In this document: positions 59,612 to 64,000 of the stretch, piece after piece
Layout: every line of letters starts with the position of its first letter
Position numbering within the stretch: the first letter of the stretch is position 1
Virus record (IMG/VR): IMGVR_UViG_3300047551_002158
Strand: one strand, 5' to 3'
DNA from: a virus
Lineage: Duplodnaviria > Caudoviricetes
Length of the DNA: 64,000 nucleotides
Made by a program: the position numbers and the translations under genes
The notes under the pieces: generated by a model
What the model was told of the DNA's origin: nothing
The model's database searches: none
The model's input: only the letters and a program-made list of their open reading frames with translations

Positions 59612-59651
59612 GTAAGTTATACTTCTTATAAATAATAGTAGTATAACTTAC
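59612..59651 (+). promoter_or_regulatory. 12-bp perfect inverted repeat enclosing late promoter TATAAATA
   Basis: GTAAGTTATACT (59612-59623) / AGTATAACTTAC (59640-59651); TATAAATA at 59627-59634; endonuclease ATG at 59656. Confidence 0.75.
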
Positions 59652-59655
59652 TGAT

Positions 59656-60321
59656 ATGAAAGTAAAGATTTATCTAATTACCAACACAGCAGTCAATCCA
59701 CATATGTATTATGTTGGATTGACTAAAAATGAACTGGATAGAAGATTACAAGAACACATTACTCTTGGAAGGCACGAAGGTAATAAACTTTTGTCTGATG
59801 CTATTATTGAATATGGTAAAAGAAACTTTACTATTGAAGTTATAGAAGAAGTTGATGAGAGTGAAGCAAGAATAAAAGAAGATTATTATATCCGTAAATA
59901 TAAATCTCATTATGTGGATGGGTGTGGATATAATATGAGATATGAAACTTGTAATTATAAAAAACATTATCACGGAGCAAATCAAGAACAGATAGAAGAG
60001 AACATTAAAAATGGAAGAGTGTGGAATTATGGAATAAGTTTTTCTTCACAATCAAAAGAGAAAATGAGAAAAACTAAAAAACATAGATACTCTCTGGGAC
60101 TTTATAAAAAGTTTAATACAAATCACTCACAAGAAACAAAAGAAAAAATTGCTGAAAGTAAAAGAGGACAAAAACTATCACAAGAGCACAGAAAAAATAT
60201 TGCTAAATCTTCTTCTGGTAGAGTTTGGATTTCTAATACTGAATTGAATGAAAGAAAGTTTGTAAAGCAAGATGAGTTGGAAATGTTTTTGGAAAGTGGT
60301 TGGAAGAGAGGTAGGATATAA
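59656..60321 (+). mobile_element. GIY-YIG homing endonuclease between the two gp41 halves
   Basis: KIYLITN...YYVGLT...RLQEH...E motif, HSQETKEKI NUMOD3 repeats and C-terminal GRVWISN...GWKRGR. Confidence 0.88.
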
Positions 60322-60344
60322 ATACCTAAAAAGTATTATCAAAA

Positions 60345-60803
60345 ATGGACGCACAAGATTTTCGTAGTCTTCAAGAAGCATATATGGAAGTTGTTATGAA
60401 TGAAGCAAAGAAACCTTTTCCATTTGAAAAGGTTTCTAATAAATCAAAGTCCAAAGAAAAACAAAAATTACAATTAAAAAAAGATGTTGAGGGTGGTTTA
60501 ATTTCTCATAAAAGAGCAACTCCATTAATTTCTAAACTTGTTAATCAAAAAGTTAAAATGGGTATGGTTTGGGCAAAAGAAAGAGAAAAGAAAAAAGAAG
60601 ATGATAATTCAAAAAGGTCTTCAACATTCTATAGAAAAGATAAGCATTTATCAAAAATGACTAAAACTCAAAGAGAACAAGTAGATATTTACGACATCAT
60701 CCTTTCACATTTACTTGATGAAGGATATGCTGAAACACCAGAAGCAGCAGAAGCAATTATGGTGAATATGAGTGAAGAGTGGAGACAGAGTATTATTGGT
60801 TGA
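60345..60803 (+). CDS. Passenger hypothetical protein inside the fractured gp41 locus
   Basis: 152 aa with its own TATAAATA (60317-60324); the C-terminal DEGYAET...NMSEEW domain is shared with 61960-63315. Confidence 0.8.
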   Translation: MDAQDFRSLQEAYMEVVMNEAKKPFPFEKVSNKSKSKEKQKLQLKKDVEGGLISHKRATPLISKLVNQKVKMGMVWAKEREKKKEDDNSKRSSTFYRKDKHLSKMTKTQREQVDIYDIILSHLLDEGYAETPEAAEAIMVNMSEEWRQSIIG

Positions 60804-60825
60804 TTACCAAAATAAAATTCAATCC

Positions 60826-60865
60826 AACCACTCACCTTGATTTTGGTGAGTGGTTTTGTTATAAT
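60826..60865 (+). promoter_or_regulatory. Hairpin plus sigma70 promoter for the gp41 C-terminal half
   Basis: AACCACTCACC/GGTGAGTGGTT inverted repeat; TTGATT (60837-60842)-N17-TATAAT (60860-60865). Confidence 0.7.
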
Positions 60866-60884
60866 GTGAGAAGGTAAGAACTCT

Positions 60885-60995
60885 ATGATGCTGAAAAAAA
60901 TTCTAAAAATTGAAGAACTTGATGAAAGAGAAATGATAGATATTGAAGTATCAGGAAATCACTTGTTCTATGCGAATGCTATTCTCACACATAAT
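60885..60995 (+). mobile_element. Split intein C-fragment (37 aa)
   Basis: Block F (DIEVSGNHLFYAN) and terminal His-Asn followed by Ser+1. Confidence 0.95.
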
Positions 60996-61307
60996 AGTAG
61001 TTCTGATGTTGAACTTACTGATACTTCTGAATCCTTTGGTCTCCCTGCTACTGCTGATCTTATGTTTGCCCTTATTAGCACTGAAGACTTGGAGGGGCTT
61101 GGTCAGATATTGGTGAAACAACTGAAGAACCGTTATAATGATCCTACCATTCATAAGCGTTTTGTGATTGGTATTGACCGCGCTAAAATGCGTCTTTATG
61201 ATTGCGAACAATCTGCTCAAAATGATATCCTTGACAATGGAAAGGATGAAGAGTATGATTACGAAGAAAAGAAACCTAAAAAATCATTTGAAGGATTTAA
61301 ATTCTAA
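60885..61307 (+). CDS. gp41: Split-intein C half fused to the C-terminal fragment of gp41 helicase
   Basis: MMLKKILKIEELDEREMIDIEVSGNHLFYANAILTHN|SSSDVELTDTSESFGLPATADLMFAL...QLKNRY: intein HN/S+1 junction followed by gp41 C-terminal motifs. Confidence 0.95.
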   Translation: MMLKKILKIEELDEREMIDIEVSGNHLFYANAILTHNSSSDVELTDTSESFGLPATADLMFALISTEDLEGLGQILVKQLKNRYNDPTIHKRFVIGIDRAKMRLYDCEQSAQNDILDNGKDEEYDYEEKKPKKSFEGFKF

Positions 61308-61308
61308 T

Positions 61309-61722
61309 ATGACTCAAGTTATTGATACAAACAAATATATTGAATTCGTTCGTCAAACTACAAGTCCTGCGAGCAGTGATTTTGCTCAACTGCTTTCTCG
61401 TCTGACTGAACTTGAAGCAAGTGCTGATGCAGATGTTCCCCGCCTTCTCACTGCTGCTCTTGGTATGAGTGCTGAAGCAGGAGAGTTTACTGAAGTTGTT
61501 AAGAAAATTATTCTTCAGGGCAAACCTTATAATGAAGAGAATGCTTTTCACCTGAAGCGAGAACTTGGAGACATCTGTTGGTATCTGTCTCAAGCATTTA
61601 TGGCACTTGATACTAACTTTGAAGAGATTCTCAAGATGAACTATGAGAAACTGAGTGCTCGTTATCCTGAAGGAACCTTTGATGTTTATCGTTCTGAAAA
61701 TCGTGTGGAGGGAGACCTGTGA
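61309..61722 (+). CDS. mazG: MazG-family nucleoside triphosphate pyrophosphohydrolase
   Basis: ALGMSAEAGEFTEVVKK, ELGDICWY and NYEKLSARYP; ATG at 61309. Confidence 0.9.
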   Translation: MTQVIDTNKYIEFVRQTTSPASSDFAQLLSRLTELEASADADVPRLLTAALGMSAEAGEFTEVVKKIILQGKPYNEENAFHLKRELGDICWYLSQAFMALDTNFEEILKMNYEKLSARYPEGTFDVYRSENRVEGDL

Positions 61723-61904
61723 GTAAAGAAAAACAAGTAACAATTAAAATGGATGCTCGTTCAGCAGCAGCAGTTCGTCAAGTCCTCTTTGATTCTCAAA
61801 AAGGATATACTTATGATGAAGTAAGTGTTCCTCCTCGTATTGCTGATATTCGTGGAGTTATTCAGCAACTTGATGATAGTATTGGTGCTGTTGTTGGTGT
61901 TTGA
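61719..61904 (+). CDS. Small hypothetical protein
   Basis: 61 aa, GTG start overlapping the mazG stop, GGAG RBS. Confidence 0.65.
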   Translation: MSKEKQVTIKMDARSAAAVRQVLFDSQKGYTYDEVSVPPRIADIRGVIQQLDDSIGAVVGV

Positions 61905-61930
61905 CCCTTCTGGGTCTTTTTTTATAAATA
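61903..61930 (+). terminator. Rho-independent terminator abutting a late promoter
   Basis: GACCC-ttct-GGGTC-T7, then TATAAATA at 61923-61930. Confidence 0.8.
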
Positions 61931-61959
61931 AAATTATTAGAACTTTAAATTTATAAAAA

Positions 61960-63315
61960 ATGGATCCTAAAATTCTGAGAGAAGCAGCTCTTGCATATCA
62001 AGCAGTTTATGACCAAGATCTGCGTCAGGAAATTGAAGAGCAGCAAGACTTTGAGAACTGGGTAAATTCACTTGTAGAAGAAGGTTATGACCTGAGTGAG
62101 TATACCTGGGAAGATATGTATGAAACATATATAACAGAAATTGCCGTTCCTCCGAAAGATCCAGCAGCTGCCCGTGCTCAAAGTGCAGCTGCTGCACAAG
62201 GATTTCGCAATATTGGTAATGCAGTTAGAACAGTAGCAAATCCTATGGGTGCTATTGTTAGAGGTATGCAGGATGCAACTACTCGCTATAGGGCAGCAGG
62301 TCCTCGTGATGTTAAAGGTAGACCATTAAATCAAAAACCAACACAAACTCCAGCAAAACCAACATCATCCTCAACTCAATCTCGTTTTTCTGGAGCAAGA
62401 GACGCTGCAGTTGCAAGAGCAAGACAAATTCAAGGTTCTCCTGTAGTTGGATCAAAACCCTCTACAGGTTCTGCAGCAAGACCTTCTGCAGCACCAGCAG
62501 CAAGACCTTCTGGTGGTTCTTCTGCTCCTGCAGCAAGACCAGCAGCATCCGCACCAACTGCAAAACCATCACCAACCCCATCTGCAGCTGCACCAGCAAA
62601 ACCAACTCCAGCACCTTCAACTCCTGCGGCAAAACCATCTGCGATGGATCAGTGGGCAAAGGCAAATCCAAAACTTGCTGCAGCAAAAGCAGAAAGAGAT
62701 AGAACAAGAGGAACAAGTTCAACAACTAATCCTCAAATGGCAGACTTGAAGAGCAAACTTCCTGCGCCAAAATCGCCATCACCAACTACAACATCAACAG
62801 CATTTGCAAAACCAACTCCAGCATTAGGATCATCTTCATCTGCAGTTCAGTCTGGAGGTTCTGCGGCAGCTTCTAGACCATCAACCAATCAAACTGCAAC
62901 TGCATTTTCTAGTCCTTCTTTAGCAAGGTCATCATCTTCAACACCAGCAGCAAAACCAACTCCTATGAAGAAACCTATGGGTTCTTCAAAACCAGGAAGT
63001 CTTGTTTCTGGTTTTGATTTGTTTGATGTTGTAAAGGGATATTTGATTGATGAGGGATTTGCTGAAACTGAACAGGCAGCAATTGCTATTATGGCAAATA
63101 TGAGTGAAGAGTGGAAACTTGAAATTATTAGTGAAATGAGTCCTACAATGCAGAAACTTACTTCAAGACCATCTGTAAACATTGGTGGAGGTAGTTCATC
63201 GGGTTCAAGACCATTAACAACTTCTTCTGCGGCAAAAAAACCTACTACACAATCTAATAGTGGGTTAACTCCAATGCAGAGATTGCAAAGACCAGCAAGT
63301 GGAACTATCCAATAA
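61960..63315 (+). CDS. 451-aa late protein with long Pro/Ala/Ser/Thr-rich linker
   Basis: Acidic N-domain, AARP/AKPTP repeats and a C-terminal DEGFAET...NMSEEW domain. Confidence 0.8.
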   Translation: MDPKILREAALAYQAVYDQDLRQEIEEQQDFENWVNSLVEEGYDLSEYTWEDMYETYITEIAVPPKDPAAARAQSAAAAQGFRNIGNAVRTVANPMGAIVRGMQDATTRYRAAGPRDVKGRPLNQKPTQTPAKPTSSSTQSRFSGARDAAVARARQIQGSPVVGSKPSTGSAARPSAAPAARPSGGSSAPAARPAASAPTAKPSPTPSAAAPAKPTPAPSTPAAKPSAMDQWAKANPKLAAAKAERDRTRGTSSTTNPQMADLKSKLPAPKSPSPTTTSTAFAKPTPALGSSSSAVQSGGSAAASRPSTNQTATAFSSPSLARSSSSTPAAKPTPMKKPMGSSKPGSLVSGFDLFDVVKGYLIDEGFAETEQAAIAIMANMSEEWKLEIISEMSPTMQKLTSRPSVNIGGGSSSGSRPLTTSSAAKKPTTQSNSGLTPMQRLQRPASGTIQ

Positions 63316-63342
63316 ATAATTACGGAAGGTTGCTCTAACCCC

Positions 63343-63371
63343 TTGACTTTTTAGTTGAGGGGTTTTATAAT
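63343..63371 (+). promoter_or_regulatory. Sigma70-type promoter for tRNA-Ala
   Basis: TTGACT-N17-TATAAT within the AACCCCT/AGGGGTT hairpin. Confidence 0.75.
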
Positions 63372-63381
63372 ATCCGAACTT

Positions 63382-63453
63382 GGGGTGTTCGTATAACGGC
63401 TATTACTCTGGATTTGCATTCCAGCAATAAGGATTCGATTTCCTTACACTCCA
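63382..63453 (+). tRNA. tRNA-Ala (anticodon UGC), no encoded CCA
   Basis: Acceptor stem GGGGTGT/ACACTCC with G3:U70 alanine identity pair; anticodon stem CTGGA/TCCAG with loop TTTGCAT; T-arm AAGGA-TTCGATT-TCCTT. Confidence 0.92.
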
Positions 63454-63490
63454 TTATAAAAAGAATAATAAATACTTGAAAAAAAGTATT

Positions 63491-64000
63491 ATGGCAGTAG
63501 ATTACAATAAGGGGGATGTTTCCGAAGCTATCCTTGCCGCTGCTATTGCTGCAAAATTTAAAAAAAGAATTAATGCTTCGGATTTTAAATCAACCAATAT
63601 TCCAATTAAGGTAGGAAATCTTCCACCAATAACAAAATCAGATGTTGAGGAAATACTTTCATTTTTAGTTAAATCTTTTAGATATTCAACTTCAGTTAGA
63701 GATATTGATAGATTAACAAAAACGACAACAAATATATATGACAACATTCAAGTTAGCGTTAGTATTCCGCAAAAAAGTGCTGAATTCTTAAAAAAGAGGT
63801 CGAATTGGTCCAAGGTTTCTAATATATTTACTTCTGCAATAGCAAAGGTAAATACCGATCCAAGATTAAAAGCAAAGGCATATGGTTTATCTGTAAATAA
63901 AAAAAACGATACTATTATTGTAAGAGCAGTTGGTACAGAAGCACAGACAGCAACTAAAGTTGATATTAGGGTTGAGATTATAAATCAAGGACAAAGATTG
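63491..64000 (+). CDS. Hypothetical protein, possibly PD-(D/E)xK-like nuclease (3'-truncated)
   Basis: Open frame MAVDYNKGDVSEAILAAAI...TATKVDIRV to the window end; late promoter ATAAATA at 63468-63474. The nuclease call is weak inference. Confidence 0.55.
   Translation, partial: MAVDYNKGDVSEAILAAAIAAKFKKRINASDFKSTNIPIKVGNLPPITKSDVEEILSFLVKSFRYSTSVRDIDRLTKTTTNIYDNIQVSVSIPQKSAEFLKKRSNWSKVSNIFTSAIAKVNTDPRLKAKAYGLSVNKKNDTIIVRAVGTEAQTATKVDIRVEIINQGQRL

Noticed and set aside
59607-60884. Group I intron interrupting gp41
   Set aside because: The flanks encode clear intein N and C halves with their own stop and start codons, and no group I core elements were recognised; protein trans-splicing explains the break.
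62440-62660. GCAGCAAGACC-type tandem repeats as a DNA repeat element or origin
   Set aside because: The repeats are in frame and degenerate at third positions, consistent with the encoded AARP/AKP peptide repeats.
1-64000. CRISPR array, rRNA, integrase/transposase, psbA/hli photosynthesis genes
   Set aside because: No regularly spaced direct repeats, rRNA-like segments or corresponding protein motifs were seen in this window.

Overview
A 64 kb, essentially all plus-strand segment of a T4-like myovirus, most similar in gene content and order to cyanomyoviruses (Kyanoviridae-like; the host is inferred, and no photosynthesis genes lie in this window). Order: giant baseplate/virion proteins and gp8 (1-17.9 kb); gp13-gp14-gp15-gp16-gp17-gp18-gp19-gp20, gp21-gp22-gp23, gp3 (18-36.8 kb); uvsY-uvsW-gp55-gp47-gp46; a CobT-like vWA / CobS-like MoxR pair; gp45-gp44-dam-gp62-regA-hsp20; gp43-uvsX-gp41-mazG; tRNA-Ala(UGC). 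Highlights: (1) the gp41 helicase is a fractured gene joined by a gp41-1-type split intein, with a GIY-YIG endonuclease and an extra passenger gene between the halves. (2) A dispersed set of late-promoter genes begins with T4 capsid-targeting-sequence-like N-termini (MITYQEFITE, MKTFKQFQE, MKSFKEFLSE, MKSFDEF), and some look like polyproteins of small modules separated by prohead-protease-type [LIV]-x-E sites, suggesting a capsid-cargo system. (3) An unannotated 56-aa NblA-like candidate precedes gp13. (4) A perfect-consensus antisense sigma70 promoter sits back-to-back with the gp55 promoter. (5) A structured RNA/attenuator candidate lies upstream of hsp20. All family assignments come from motif recognition without database searches.
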